NCBI GenBank assembly: GCA_042577985.1 | Contig: JBHPDI010000001.1 | Span: forward strand, 2,334 to 66,333 | Direction: 5' to 3' | Length of the DNA stretch: 64,000 nucleotides | Source: Halobacteriota archaeon | GTDB lineage: Archaea > Halobacteriota > UBA148 | Shown here: positions 30,822-40,724 of the stretch, one piece after another | Numbering within the stretch: position 1 is the first letter of the stretch | How the letters are laid out: each line of letters starts with the position of its first letter | The notes under the pieces: model-generated | What the model was told of the DNA's origin: nothing | Database searches by the model: none | What the model saw: the letters and a program-made list of their open reading frames with translations, nothing else | Made by a program: the position numbers and the translations under genes

Positions 30822-32354
30822 ATGTCAGATATTATACTAATCCAACCGAAGGCAGGGGTTTATGAGATAACTAGTATCAGGATGCCCTTGCCATGTTTGT
30901 CGATTGCCGCCCTCCCGGATCGAGATGGCTATAATGTAAAAATTATAGACCAAAGAACAGATAAAAATTGGCAATCAAACCTTATCAGTTCTCTTAAATC
31001 GAAACCCATTTGTGTTGGTGTGACCAGCATGACAGGCCCACAGATTGGGTTTGCTCTGGAAGTATCCAAGTGTATTAAGGATAACTCAGATGTTCCTGTG
31101 GTGTGGGGTGGAGTCCATCCTTCTCTGTTACCTGAACAAACACTGGAAAACGAAAATATAGATATAGTTGTGGTGGGGGAAGGCGAAGCCACTTTTTTTG
31201 AGTTAGTTGCTGCATTGGAAAAAGAAAAGCCTCTGGAAGATGTGAAAGGAATATGGTATAAACAGGATGGCAAAATTAAAAGAACTCCTCCAAGACCATT
31301 TATGGATTTGAACGCCCTCCCTGATATGCCCTATCATCTTGTAGATGTGCATAAATATTCTGCCTTTGATCTAAGCGGAACAGGAGAACAGGCCCTTTCG
31401 GTTATGACCAGTCGGGGCTGTCCATATGGTTGCAGCTTTTGTTATAATACGGTTTTTAATAAACGTAAATGGAGAGCCTTAACGGTAGAGAACTCATTAA
31501 AACGGATAAAAAATGTTGTGGACAGTTTTGGAGTTAAGTCGATTTACTTCCCTGAGGATAATTTTTCATTCGATCTTAAGAGATTTGAAGGGATTATCAA
31601 AGGAATTATAGATGAAGGGCTGGACATAACTTGGGGTTCTCAGGGGATCAGGATGGACTCTGTTGGGAAGATGAGCCATGAACTTCTATCACTAGCTGAG
31701 AAAAGCGGCTGCAAGAATCTGGATATTGGTATCGAATCAGGATCACCGAGAATCCTGAAACTAATAAAGAAAGGAGCAACTGTTGATCAGATTGTAGCAG
31801 GGGGTAAAAAACTTTCCGAGCATGATTTTATAGTAAAATATAATTTTATGATGGGGATTCCAACAGAGACAAAAGAGGAAAGGAAAGAGTCGTTGGACCT
31901 TGGCTCAAAGTTAATCAAAGAGAATAAGAACGCATATATGCTGTTTCATATTTATACACCATTTCCTCAGACTGAACTCTATAAGTTGGCATTAGAAAGC
32001 GGTTTTAAATCTCCGTCCACACTCGAAACATGGGCGAAGTTCAACTATCTCGACTGGACATATAATTACGATTCGTGGTTATCCGATAAAGACATAAAAA
32101 TTTTAGGCAATTTGTCTTTCATATCTCGCCTTGCTAACAGGAATATAAGGTATAAAATTACAAACACATTTATTAAAACAATGTTTGACTTGTATTATCC
32201 GATAGCCAAGTTTAGGCTCGATCACAATTTCTATTATTTGTTTATCGAAAAAGCAGTGGAAAAGAGTATGAGACCGGTATTACTCAAATATATGTCACAA
32301 ATTGGTAAAAAATATACGAATGAACCTTCAGACATTTCCGCTAGAGATGGTTAG
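30822..32354 (+). CDS. Cobalamin-binding radical SAM enzyme (class B), second copy
   Basis: 510 aa. Has a B12-binding N-terminus (ILIQPK...VGVTSMTGPQI...VVWGGVHPS) and the radical SAM core SRGCPYGCSFCYN. Confidence 0.75.
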   Translation: MSDIILIQPKAGVYEITSIRMPLPCLSIAALPDRDGYNVKIIDQRTDKNWQSNLISSLKSKPICVGVTSMTGPQIGFALEVSKCIKDNSDVPVVWGGVHPSLLPEQTLENENIDIVVVGEGEATFFELVAALEKEKPLEDVKGIWYKQDGKIKRTPPRPFMDLNALPDMPYHLVDVHKYSAFDLSGTGEQALSVMTSRGCPYGCSFCYNTVFNKRKWRALTVENSLKRIKNVVDSFGVKSIYFPEDNFSFDLKRFEGIIKGIIDEGLDITWGSQGIRMDSVGKMSHELLSLAEKSGCKNLDIGIESGSPRILKLIKKGATVDQIVAGGKKLSEHDFIVKYNFMMGIPTETKEERKESLDLGSKLIKENKNAYMLFHIYTPFPQTELYKLALESGFKSPSTLETWAKFNYLDWTYNYDSWLSDKDIKILGNLSFISRLANRNIRYKITNTFIKTMFDLYYPIAKFRLDHNFYYLFIEKAVEKSMRPVLLKYMSQIGKKYTNEPSDISARDG

Positions 32355-32433
32355 TCCATATTTATTTGTGAAGAAATCTAAAGTATAGTTTGGTAAAAAA
32401 CAGAATAAAATTATGCTTTCCAATAAAAAATTG

Positions 32434-33354
32434 TTATTCCTGCGATTTCATCTTCCACATAAATGGAATCCCAATCAATGATACCAGCCAATACCTAACA
32501 ATAGAAAATAAGATGCCAACACCCAACAATTTTTCTGGTGCAGCAAACCCTGAGAAAAGAAAAATAATGGCCGCATCACGAGTACCCATACCGCCCAGTG
32601 TAACTGGAATCAATCCAATGAAAATTGCAATTGGGATATTAGCCATTGTGAAGAACAAGGGAACGTTAATTCTCAATGCATAGAAAAATATTAGGGTTTG
32701 TAATATTGATATACTCCAAATTAAAAGAGAATAAGAGAGAATAATCGAAAATACTCTTTTATCTTTCGTTAGTAATTTCGTAGAAAGAATCAGGTTTTGA
32801 ATTTTTTCATTCCATGAACTCTTTATCGGCAAGCGGAAATTAAAACCAGCGTGTGCAAGAAGAAATATTGCAATTATGAAAATGAAGATGCTTAACGCAA
32901 TAAAAGCTAACTCATATTTCTTACAAAACGTCATGCCAATTAAAGAAAACAAAACAAGTGTAAGAAAATCAAACATTCTCTCGGTTATTACGCTGCCAAC
33001 TGTTTTACTTGCTGGAATCTTATTTTTTAAATAATATGCCTTGATAACATCTCCTGACTTGGAAGGAGTAATCGAAGTTAAAGGAAGAGCAGCCATTATC
33101 AAGTTAAGGCATTCTTTGTATGGTAATTTATAGCCCATTATTTCTAAGATTATTTGCCATCGTTTTGCAATGATAGGTATGATCAAAAATAACAATAAAA
33201 GCGCAATAAGCAGATAAAAGAGATTAGCGTGCGATAATACATCCATAACCGAATAAAAATCTATTTTTGTGAAGATGAAGTAGAAAATGGCTATTGTGAT
33301 GGCTAATACAATAACCGATTTCAATACTGAACTGCTGCTCCTTTTCAATGTCAC
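32434..33354 (-). CDS. Flippase-like domain membrane protein (UPF0104 / LPG-synthase-TM-like)
   Basis: 306 aa with ~8 TM helices and the conserved RW...P.RSGD-type loop (IAKRWQIILE...TPSKSGDVIKAY). Confidence 0.55.
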   Translation of the reverse strand: MTLKRSSSSVLKSVIVLAITIAIFYFIFTKIDFYSVMDVLSHANLFYLLIALLLLFLIIPIIAKRWQIILEIMGYKLPYKECLNLIMAALPLTSITPSKSGDVIKAYYLKNKIPASKTVGSVITERMFDFLTLVLFSLIGMTFCKKYELAFIALSIFIFIIAIFLLAHAGFNFRLPIKSSWNEKIQNLILSTKLLTKDKRVFSIILSYSLLIWSISILQTLIFFYALRINVPLFFTMANIPIAIFIGLIPVTLGGMGTRDAAIIFLFSGFAAPEKLLGVGILFSIVRYWLVSLIGIPFMWKMKSQE

Positions 33355-33460
33355 TCTTCCTTCTCCTTCTACATCTTTTAAAATCCCTCTAATTATAACT
33401 ACTTTTTACTTTTTTTAAATCAATCTTTATATACTTACTATTTGCTATAGAATTAATAAA

Positions 33461-35218
33461 TTGTATGATAACAATAACGAAAGGGGAGGATGTATGACAA
33501 AATCAATTCCAAAGATAGTATGCGGAGCATTTACGATGTATTTATCCTTGGTGATTTTGGTAGGTTATTATATGGACCACTTTGGTTTTTCGCTCACGAT
33601 TGGCAGAATTATTTTGCCTTTACTTGCAATTTCTATTTTCTATATTGGTTTTAAATTTTTTAAGCATACTCCAATCTCTTACGAATTCGATAAAACATAT
33701 ACCCTAATATTTTTTACAATATTAACTGTATCATTCATCTATTTTTTGTTGCCTTCTCTACCCTCTTTCCTGCCTTTAGGCAGTAATGTGGACGCCCCCC
33801 AAGCGTATGCAATTACAAAATTAATTGCTGATACCCGTTCCTTGTTGTTGCACCAAGATTTTATTTGGTTGGATTATCAACCGGTATGGAAGGTCTACCC
33901 ATTTGGGTTGCATCTAAATGTTGCAGTTATTTCGTGGATTTCAAATATACTCCCTATCAAACTTATATATCCATTTATGTGTTTGATTATTTCAATGTCT
34001 ATTGCGGGAGTATATGGAATAACAGTGGAATCAAAAATAACCGATAACAAATACCTTGCTGCCATTCCAAGTTTTTTACTGGTAACTTTTGTTCTTCTTA
34101 ACCTCCAGATGAGGTTAGGGGGCCCATTCCCACGACTCTTTGGTGCTTTTTTGATAATAATGTTCGTGTGGTTCCTGATGGATTATGTCAAAAGACCTTC
34201 ATTATTATCGGTGATTCCGCTGATTTTAATTGAATGTGCCGTGATTAATAGTTATCCCACTTTTTCAATAATACCCATTGCAATGTTTACTTTTGCATTA
34301 ATTTTTGCGATAGATCAAAAAAAGATAAAAATACCTCATTTCATTTTGTTTAATGTTATTGTACTTCTGTTGTCCATTTCTTATGTCATCTATTTTTATA
34401 ACACGACTGCATACCTTACAAATACTGGAAATCTAGATGTAATAAACCAACCTAGCACCATGGGAATACAAATAATGCCATTCAATCCCTGGTTAAGCGA
34501 TCAGTCCATCTATGTGAACTTGGCTAACATGGCTGCAACGTTATTTTTTGTTGTTTCCATTCCGGGGTTTTTATTACATTTTACTGACAAAAAAGCCAGA
34601 GAACTCATATTATTTTATAGCATTGTATCATTACAAATATTGGCATTCCTAGTTCTTGTTTTTCTTATTAACATGCGATTGATGCCAATAAATAATACAA
34701 TCTATGTGCTGATGTACCCTGCCGCTATTGCTATATTTCTTGGGATAAAAAAAATTTTTGATATTGAGAATATATCAAAGAAATTTAGTGCAATTGCATT
34801 TGTCTGCATGATTTTATTAACATTCGCAACTGCGCCTGTTATGTCTCTCGGATGTTCGACAGGTCTAACAGGCAGAGAGGTGGGTATTACTCAAGACGAA
34901 TATGATACTGCTCTGTGGGTTAAAAATAATATTGGTGAAGATGTTTCAGTTTTAGCAGATCCGGGGGCACAGTTCTTCTTCTTTGTAGCATCAGAACAAA
35001 AAAACATAACATTAATATATTCCTCTTATGAACACTTGAATAAAGAATTTAGAGAATGGCAAACGCAAGCGAAATCCGGTGATATTGTAGTAGTATTAAA
35101 TATATATGCAGTTAGTTCGGCCATTGTTTTACATCAGGATAATACCGTGGACATAGATAATACTACATATGAGATTTTATATCCTAAGGGAGTTTGTTAC
35201 GTTTTGAGGTATATCTAA
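33461..35218 (+). CDS. Large polytopic membrane protein with C-terminal soluble domain, GT-C-fold glycosyltransferase-like
   Basis: 585 aa with >10 TM helices and a ~130-aa hydrophilic C-terminal domain, an architecture like the ArnT/PMT/AglB class. No catalytic motif was confirmed. Confidence 0.35.
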   Translation: MYDNNNERGGCMTKSIPKIVCGAFTMYLSLVILVGYYMDHFGFSLTIGRIILPLLAISIFYIGFKFFKHTPISYEFDKTYTLIFFTILTVSFIYFLLPSLPSFLPLGSNVDAPQAYAITKLIADTRSLLLHQDFIWLDYQPVWKVYPFGLHLNVAVISWISNILPIKLIYPFMCLIISMSIAGVYGITVESKITDNKYLAAIPSFLLVTFVLLNLQMRLGGPFPRLFGAFLIIMFVWFLMDYVKRPSLLSVIPLILIECAVINSYPTFSIIPIAMFTFALIFAIDQKKIKIPHFILFNVIVLLLSISYVIYFYNTTAYLTNTGNLDVINQPSTMGIQIMPFNPWLSDQSIYVNLANMAATLFFVVSIPGFLLHFTDKKARELILFYSIVSLQILAFLVLVFLINMRLMPINNTIYVLMYPAAIAIFLGIKKIFDIENISKKFSAIAFVCMILLTFATAPVMSLGCSTGLTGREVGITQDEYDTALWVKNNIGEDVSVLADPGAQFFFFVASEQKNITLIYSSYEHLNKEFREWQTQAKSGDIVVVLNIYAVSSAIVLHQDNTVDIDNTTYEILYPKGVCYVLRYI

Positions 35219-35240
35219 TTTTTAATGTAAAATGTGAGAA

Positions 35241-36542
35241 TTAAAATATTCGCACCACTGTGAAAGATAAACATAGTCCTGCAAGAGCAAATGCAATGCC
35301 AACTATTATACTTCTTTTGATATATGTGTAGTGTTTGCTATTATAAATTAAGTATTGAGTTATTAGTGCGCCACCAATCAATATCAAGGCAATATCTGCC
35401 ATGTATATGTAGGGATATTTATCTAATGCCCCAATGTATGATTGGTAGAACTGAGGTGCCACAACTATTGTTATTATAACCCAAGATGCAGAAAGATACA
35501 TGATTATTTTTGATTTCCACTCCTCAAATTCAAATCCTTCTAACAATAAAAAAATTGGAAGTATAAAACCTACATACCGTAGCTGACCGTATCCATAAAC
35601 AGGAAATATGCTAATCAATAAATAACCTGCAACTCCCCATGCTAAAAGTGCTGCAATTTTATCTTCATTTTTCTTATAATACGTCCACATAACCAGCAAC
35701 AATAGCGCAGTGACCACAAAATAACTGAGCTGCGCATATACAGAGATATCTCCCCATTTTATTCCTGGATAATGATGCCAATATATAGAACGAACATCGG
35801 TGTTCATCAAGCCGTATGTAATTTTAGTGTACCAATTCCATCCTATATAGGTTATTCCGCCTGCCAATAAGGGAAATATATTCTTGAATTTACGTTTGAA
35901 TATGAAGTCATATAAAAATAGTCCCCCTGCAACAACAAAGCTAAAACGAGTAAGAATACCTATAGAATACAAAAAGCAGCTTATCGTATAGTTTTCTTTT
36001 AAATAACAATAAACCAAAGCTAAGCATAAAACATAACCTAGGGGTTCAGATAAACCAATAGTTCCCCATGCCACAATAAAAGGATTTAGAGTAACTACAA
36101 TTGTGCATAATTTAATCTTTGTTTTTTCTTGAAAAAGTTCAGATGAGGCCAAATATGCAAGAATTGGAGTTGCTACAATTAAACAGAAACTATTGATTAG
36201 TAGCATTGACTCCTTAAAAGGAAAAATCAATGACAAAATCCTAATGCAAAAAGGATAAAATGGTGGGAATCCCACAAATTCTGGTATATAGTATCCATTT
36301 TGAGCTATTCCCAAATAAAACCAACCATCCCACACAGATGCCAAATCACTAAGGGCATCATGTGGGTAATAACCCCAACCCACGCCACCATAACCAAGCG
36401 TAGAAAAAACAATAAACATGCGAGCCAAATGCAAAAAAAAGGAAATGATTATTAAACCAAGTAAAAACTTATAGTCCTCTTGAAATTTCTTTTTTCCTTT
36501 CTCAATAACCCTGCTTATCATATGATTTATGGCATAAATCAT
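35241..36542 (-). CDS. Polytopic membrane protein, GT-C-like (DUF2029/GT87-type candidate)
   Basis: 433 aa with ~11 TM helices and aromatic-rich loops. Confidence 0.35.
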   Translation of the reverse strand: MIYAINHMISRVIEKGKKKFQEDYKFLLGLIIISFFLHLARMFIVFSTLGYGGVGWGYYPHDALSDLASVWDGWFYLGIAQNGYYIPEFVGFPPFYPFCIRILSLIFPFKESMLLINSFCLIVATPILAYLASSELFQEKTKIKLCTIVVTLNPFIVAWGTIGLSEPLGYVLCLALVYCYLKENYTISCFLYSIGILTRFSFVVAGGLFLYDFIFKRKFKNIFPLLAGGITYIGWNWYTKITYGLMNTDVRSIYWHHYPGIKWGDISVYAQLSYFVVTALLLLVMWTYYKKNEDKIAALLAWGVAGYLLISIFPVYGYGQLRYVGFILPIFLLLEGFEFEEWKSKIIMYLSASWVIITIVVAPQFYQSYIGALDKYPYIYMADIALILIGGALITQYLIYNSKHYTYIKRSIIVGIAFALAGLCLSFTVVRIF

Positions 36543-36565
36543 TTTTTAGTTACCCTTCCTTTCTG

Positions 36566-38221
36566 TTACCCTTCCTTTCTACCACATATTAAAATATCAC
36601 AACCTACTCCTAGTAACTCCAATCTTTTTTCTAATCCTTGTAAAAGAGCCAATAGCCTTTCAGAATTTAGTAAGGCGATAAAGGGCGATAAAACAAAAAG
36701 AGTTGAGACATGATAGACGTTGACGTCATTGTCTTTTAGAAGTTCTTTCAACTCCTTTGGACTGAATATTCTTAGATGTTGTTCAGCATAGTTCCGTCCC
36801 TTCCCAAAATGATCCCAAAAGAACTCTATTAGCGACCAGAGAGAGTTTGAATTGGGCATAGTAATGCTAACTCTCCCGCCTGGTTTTAGTATGCCTGACA
36901 CCTCGGCAATCATTCTCTCTGGCTCTGGTACATGTTCTATTATATTTCCCAATATTGCAACATCGAAAGTATGGGGCTTAAATGGCAAGTTTTGAGCATC
37001 TGCAACAATAAAATTGGTTTTTTCATTTCCTCTACTTCTCGCATATAGAACACCGGGGCGACTCAAGTCAAATCCAACTACTTTACCCCCAAATTCTGTG
37101 CACTTACGTGAAATCACACCAGACCCGCACCCCATATCTAATATGAGTTCATTTTGTCCAATTTTAGTGTTTTCAAATAAATTCTTTATCCTTCTTCTCT
37201 GCCAATGCCTCTGTATAAGAATATCTGAATTATATGCGATTTCATCAATGTCCCCCTGTACCTCTTCATATCTTTCCCTCAAACCTGTGCCAGTGATTTC
37301 TGAGATGAAAAAGCCCTTAAGCCCAAGACAGTCAACAGAAGTGTTCATAACTCTAACTATTACTGCAAATGCTACGCTAGCACTGATCGGAACTCCAATC
37401 AAACTAAACGTTTCTGATATCCCAAATTCTTGTATTCCAAGCCCAGCTGAGGTGAAAGGTACCATTGATAGGGCAGTAAGAAGTGGGTTTAAAAACAAAG
37501 ACTTCAATATACTGAGATCGATACCAAGTGCCCTGCCTATCATAAACCACTCAAAACCCCTTAAAATCCATCCTAAAAACGAGATTGAAAGAATCATGGG
37601 AATAAAGCCCCTAACCTTAGCTGATTCTTTCTGTACTTTCAGAATGAAGCTGCCTATTCTATGCTTCTCAAGTATCTTTCTGATTCTGTCTGGGATATGT
37701 ATGTTGAAGAAAGTTAAAGCAACCACAATAAGAAGTGCGACTATCATTAGACCAATCGAAAGAACTCGAAGGATATAGCCCGGTATGCCTATCAAGCTAA
37801 GTATCATTAACACAGCTACCGCGCCAAATACGACCTTTAATATGAGGTCGAACACATAGCAATAAGAGATAGTAGATAACGCAGCCTCTGGTTTAATCCC
37901 TCTTTTTTTAAGTGGAACCAATGAGTACATATATCCCGATCTTGCCGGAGTAAAATCTGAGACTATCATCCCACACATATGTGCCCAAAAAACTTGCCCC
38001 AGCCGTATTTTCTTATCCACCTTTTTAAAAATTATATGTAATCTGTATGCCATAATAAAATTGTTCAAGAAATAGGCTAATACAGCTAAAGTCAAAAATA
38101 GAAAATTAAGGTTTGTAAGAATTTCAGCGACTTCCTCGAAATCTGTGGTGTACACAATTGCTATTACAATTGCAATCCCAATGAGGATCTGGATTATAGT
38201 ATATCCTTTATTTTTCATCAC
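36566..38221 (-). CDS. Fusion protein: N-terminal flippase-like (UPF0104) membrane domain + C-terminal class I SAM-dependent methyltransferase
   Basis: 551 aa. Residues 1-330 contain TM helices with the FTPARSGYMYSL loop. Residues ~360-551 contain MTase motif I (LILDMGCGSGVIS) and post-I (VVGFDLS...). Confidence 0.6.
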   Translation of the reverse strand: MMKNKGYTIIQILIGIAIVIAIVYTTDFEEVAEILTNLNFLFLTLAVLAYFLNNFIMAYRLHIIFKKVDKKIRLGQVFWAHMCGMIVSDFTPARSGYMYSLVPLKKRGIKPEAALSTISYCYVFDLILKVVFGAVAVLMILSLIGIPGYILRVLSIGLMIVALLIVVALTFFNIHIPDRIRKILEKHRIGSFILKVQKESAKVRGFIPMILSISFLGWILRGFEWFMIGRALGIDLSILKSLFLNPLLTALSMVPFTSAGLGIQEFGISETFSLIGVPISASVAFAVIVRVMNTSVDCLGLKGFFISEITGTGLRERYEEVQGDIDEIAYNSDILIQRHWQRRRIKNLFENTKIGQNELILDMGCGSGVISRKCTEFGGKVVGFDLSRPGVLYARSRGNEKTNFIVADAQNLPFKPHTFDVAILGNIIEHVPEPERMIAEVSGILKPGGRVSITMPNSNSLWSLIEFFWDHFGKGRNYAEQHLRIFSPKELKELLKDNDVNVYHVSTLFVLSPFIALLNSERLLALLQGLEKRLELLGVGCDILICGRKEG

Positions 38222-38224
38222 ATC

Positions 38225-38938
38225 TTATTCCCCAAATAATGATTTTAAACTTAACCTTAATTTTAACACTACTATTGGATACTCTATAATAATTTTAATA
38301 TTTGATTTAGATAATCCCTTCGCCCTGTTCCTAAATATTATAGGTATCTCTTTCATTGTAAATTTTTTCTGCTTAATTTTAAAAAGAGTTTCTGGACCTA
38401 CACTATATCCTTTTGAAAAGTAATTATCTAAATTTATTGATCCCAAAACCTCTTTTCTGTAACACTTATAACCTCCACTACTATCTTTTACTTCTAGTCC
38501 TAATATTATCCTGTTATATATATTTGAGATGTGACTTAGTAAGATATTCTTAAAATGGCAGTTTATAGAGTTCCCACCTTTAACGTATCTAGAACCGATA
38601 ACAACATCATACTTTTTAATTTCTTCCAAAAACCTTGGGATATCCGCAGGGTCATGAGAAAAATCCGCGTCCATTTCAAAAATACAGTCTACATTCTGTG
38701 TTAAAGCGTATTTAAAGCCCGTAATACCTGCTGTCCCTCTCCCACGCTCATTACGATGAATAACATGAACCATGCCAGCATATTCTTTTGCCAATTTATC
38801 AGCAATTTGCCCTGTACTATCTGGAGAGTTGTCATCCACAATCAAAATGTTTACATTTTTATTTTTTAATATCTCTCTAACTATATCTTCAATGTTTTCT
38901 TTTTCATTGTATGTAGGAAGCATCACTATCGCTTTCAT
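38225..38938 (-). CDS. GT2 dolichyl/polyprenyl-phosphate hexose synthase (DPM1-like), soluble form
   Basis: 237 aa. Has KAIVMLPTYNEKENI...VDDNSPDSTG...DADFSH. Confidence 0.75.
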   Translation of the reverse strand: MKAIVMLPTYNEKENIEDIVREILKNKNVNILIVDDNSPDSTGQIADKLAKEYAGMVHVIHRNERGRGTAGITGFKYALTQNVDCIFEMDADFSHDPADIPRFLEEIKKYDVVIGSRYVKGGNSINCHFKNILLSHISNIYNRIILGLEVKDSSGGYKCYRKEVLGSINLDNYFSKGYSVGPETLFKIKQKKFTMKEIPIIFRNRAKGLSKSNIKIIIEYPIVVLKLRLSLKSLFGE

Positions 38939-38957
38939 TTAATAGTATCTCCTCTGA

Positions 38958-39611
38958 TCACTTGACATTGCCCTTTTCCCAATCATTAAGAAATTGTCTT
39001 ATTCCAATATCTGTCAGAGGGTGTACAATCATTTTTTCAATAACATTAAAAGGAATAGTGGCAACATGTGCACCAGCTTTTGCTGCCTCTATCACATGCA
39101 ATGGATGTCGAATGCTCGCAACGATGACCTCAGTTTTTATATTGTAGTTATTGAAAATCGTTATAATCTCCCTTACCAAGTTCATTCCTTCATGACCTAT
39201 ATCATCTAACCGTCCAATGAATGGACTGACATAACTGGCACCCGACTTAGCGGCAAGCAATGCTTGATTCGCTGAGAAGATTAACGTCATATTCACTTTA
39301 ATATTTTCCATGTTTAATATTTTCGTGGCTTTTAACCCTTCTTTGGTTATGGGAATCTTTACAATAATATTTGGTGCCAATTTTGATAATTTCCTTGCCT
39401 CTTCGACCATCTCCTCTGTCCTTAAACTAATAACTTCAGCACTAATCGGTCCATTCACGATGCTACAAATATCCTTTAGCAGTTCCTGAAAATCCATCTC
39501 TTCTCTGGCTATTAGGGTTGGGTTAGTTGTCACTCCATCAAGTATCCCTAAACCATTAGCCTTCTTTATCTCTTCGATATTCGCAGTGTCAATAAAAAAT
39601 TTCATTTCCAA
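38958..39611 (-). CDS. tal: Transaldolase / fructose-6-phosphate aldolase (short TalC/Fsa type)
   Basis: 217 aa. Has [12 protein letters not shown]...GVTTNP...KIP, the characteristic Schiff-base Lys context. Confidence 0.8.
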   Translation of the reverse strand: MEMKFFIDTANIEEIKKANGLGILDGVTTNPTLIAREEMDFQELLKDICSIVNGPISAEVISLRTEEMVEEARKLSKLAPNIIVKIPITKEGLKATKILNMENIKVNMTLIFSANQALLAAKSGASYVSPFIGRLDDIGHEGMNLVREIITIFNNYNIKTEVIVASIRHPLHVIEAAKAGAHVATIPFNVIEKMIVHPLTDIGIRQFLNDWEKGNVK

Positions 39612-40198
39612 TCACTATCCTCTAAAATCCATTTAGCAGCGGCATACAAATCGGAAGCGGTATAATCTATATTTTCATTTTTTTTCACGCTTTGAACACG
39701 CCCAGTTAGAACTAATATCGTTTTACAACCCATTTTAATCCCAGGTACTAGGTCTGTCATCTTATCCCCTATTACGTAAGATTCTTTTAAGTCAATATCC
39801 AAATCATGCGCTGCTTGCTTTAACATACCTGGATTTGGCTTTCTGCAATAACAACCAACATCTGGATGATGTGGACAATAATATATAGCATCTAAAAATG
39901 CTCCTTCTTTAGATAATTCCTTTTCCATCTTTTGATGAATATTTATCAGCATTTCTTCGGTAAAATATCCACGCACAACACCGGCTTGATTTGTAAAAAC
40001 TACAACCTTTAAACCAGCATTATTCAATAATTTAATTGCTTCCCCCACTCCTGATATAAGTTTAAACTCATTTGGATGACGAGGAGCAAACTGATTAGAC
40101 TCTGGATGAACTACTTCTTCATTGGTCGTCCCGTCCCTATCCAAGAATACTGCTCTATTCATTATCACCACCAAAAAGCTCTTTTTCAACAATGTCAC
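39602..40198 (-). CDS. gmhB: D-glycero-D-manno-heptose 1,7-bisphosphate phosphatase (HAD-IIIA, GmhB)
   Basis: [10 protein letters not shown] (HAD motif I) and VVFTNQAG, plus a Cys-rich Zn motif (CYCRKPNPG) typical of GmhB. The probable true start is MNRAVF at 40162. Confidence 0.7.
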   Translation of the reverse strand: MTLLKKSFLVVIMNRAVFLDRDGTTNEEVVHPESNQFAPRHPNEFKLISGVGEAIKLLNNAGLKVVVFTNQAGVVRGYFTEEMLINIHQKMEKELSKEGAFLDAIYYCPHHPDVGCYCRKPNPGMLKQAAHDLDIDLKESYVIGDKMTDLVPGIKMGCKTILVLTGRVQSVKKNENIDYTASDLYAAAKWILEDSDWK

Positions 40199-40724
40199 AA
40201 ATAATATGCCCTATCGTAATGTGTGCCTCTTGAATTCTAGGAGTGTTGCTCGATGGAACCTTTATGCATAGATCAACAACTTTAGCAAGTTCACCTCTTC
40301 TACCAATAAAACCAATTGTTATTGCACCTTTTTCTTTGGCAGTTCTTATACCTTTTATAACATTTGGGGAACTACCGCTGGTGCTGATACCTATAACAAT
40401 GTCGCCACGCTCAACCAGTGCTTCGACTTGTCTTGAAAAAACATTATTATATCCATAGTCGTTTCCAATGGCTGTTAGAATGGATGTATTAGTAGTGAGT
40501 GCGATTGCTGGCAATCCCTTTCTTTCCAACATAAACTTGCTAACTAGCTCACACGCTATATGTTGAGCATCTGCTGCACTTCCACCGTTCCCAAATAAAA
40601 CAACTTTTTTTCCATTTTCATAAGCTTTAATAATCCTCTCACATATTTTCTCTATTTCAGCGCTTTGTTCACGAAGTTCCATTTTAATTCTTGCACCCTC
40701 CTCTAACATCTCACTTATCTTCAT
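40155..40724 (-). CDS. gmhA: Sedoheptulose-7-phosphate isomerase (SIS domain, GmhA)
   Basis: Has KVVLFGNGGSAADAQH...GISTSGSSPNVI. The start was trimmed to MKISEM; the track ORF extends to 40772. Confidence 0.8.
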   Translation of the reverse strand: MKISEMLEEGARIKMELREQSAEIEKICERIIKAYENGKKVVLFGNGGSAADAQHIACELVSKFMLERKGLPAIALTTNTSILTAIGNDYGYNNVFSRQVEALVERGDIVIGISTSGSSPNVIKGIRTAKEKGAITIGFIGRRGELAKVVDLCIKVPSSNTPRIQEAHITIGHIICDIVEKELFGGDNE

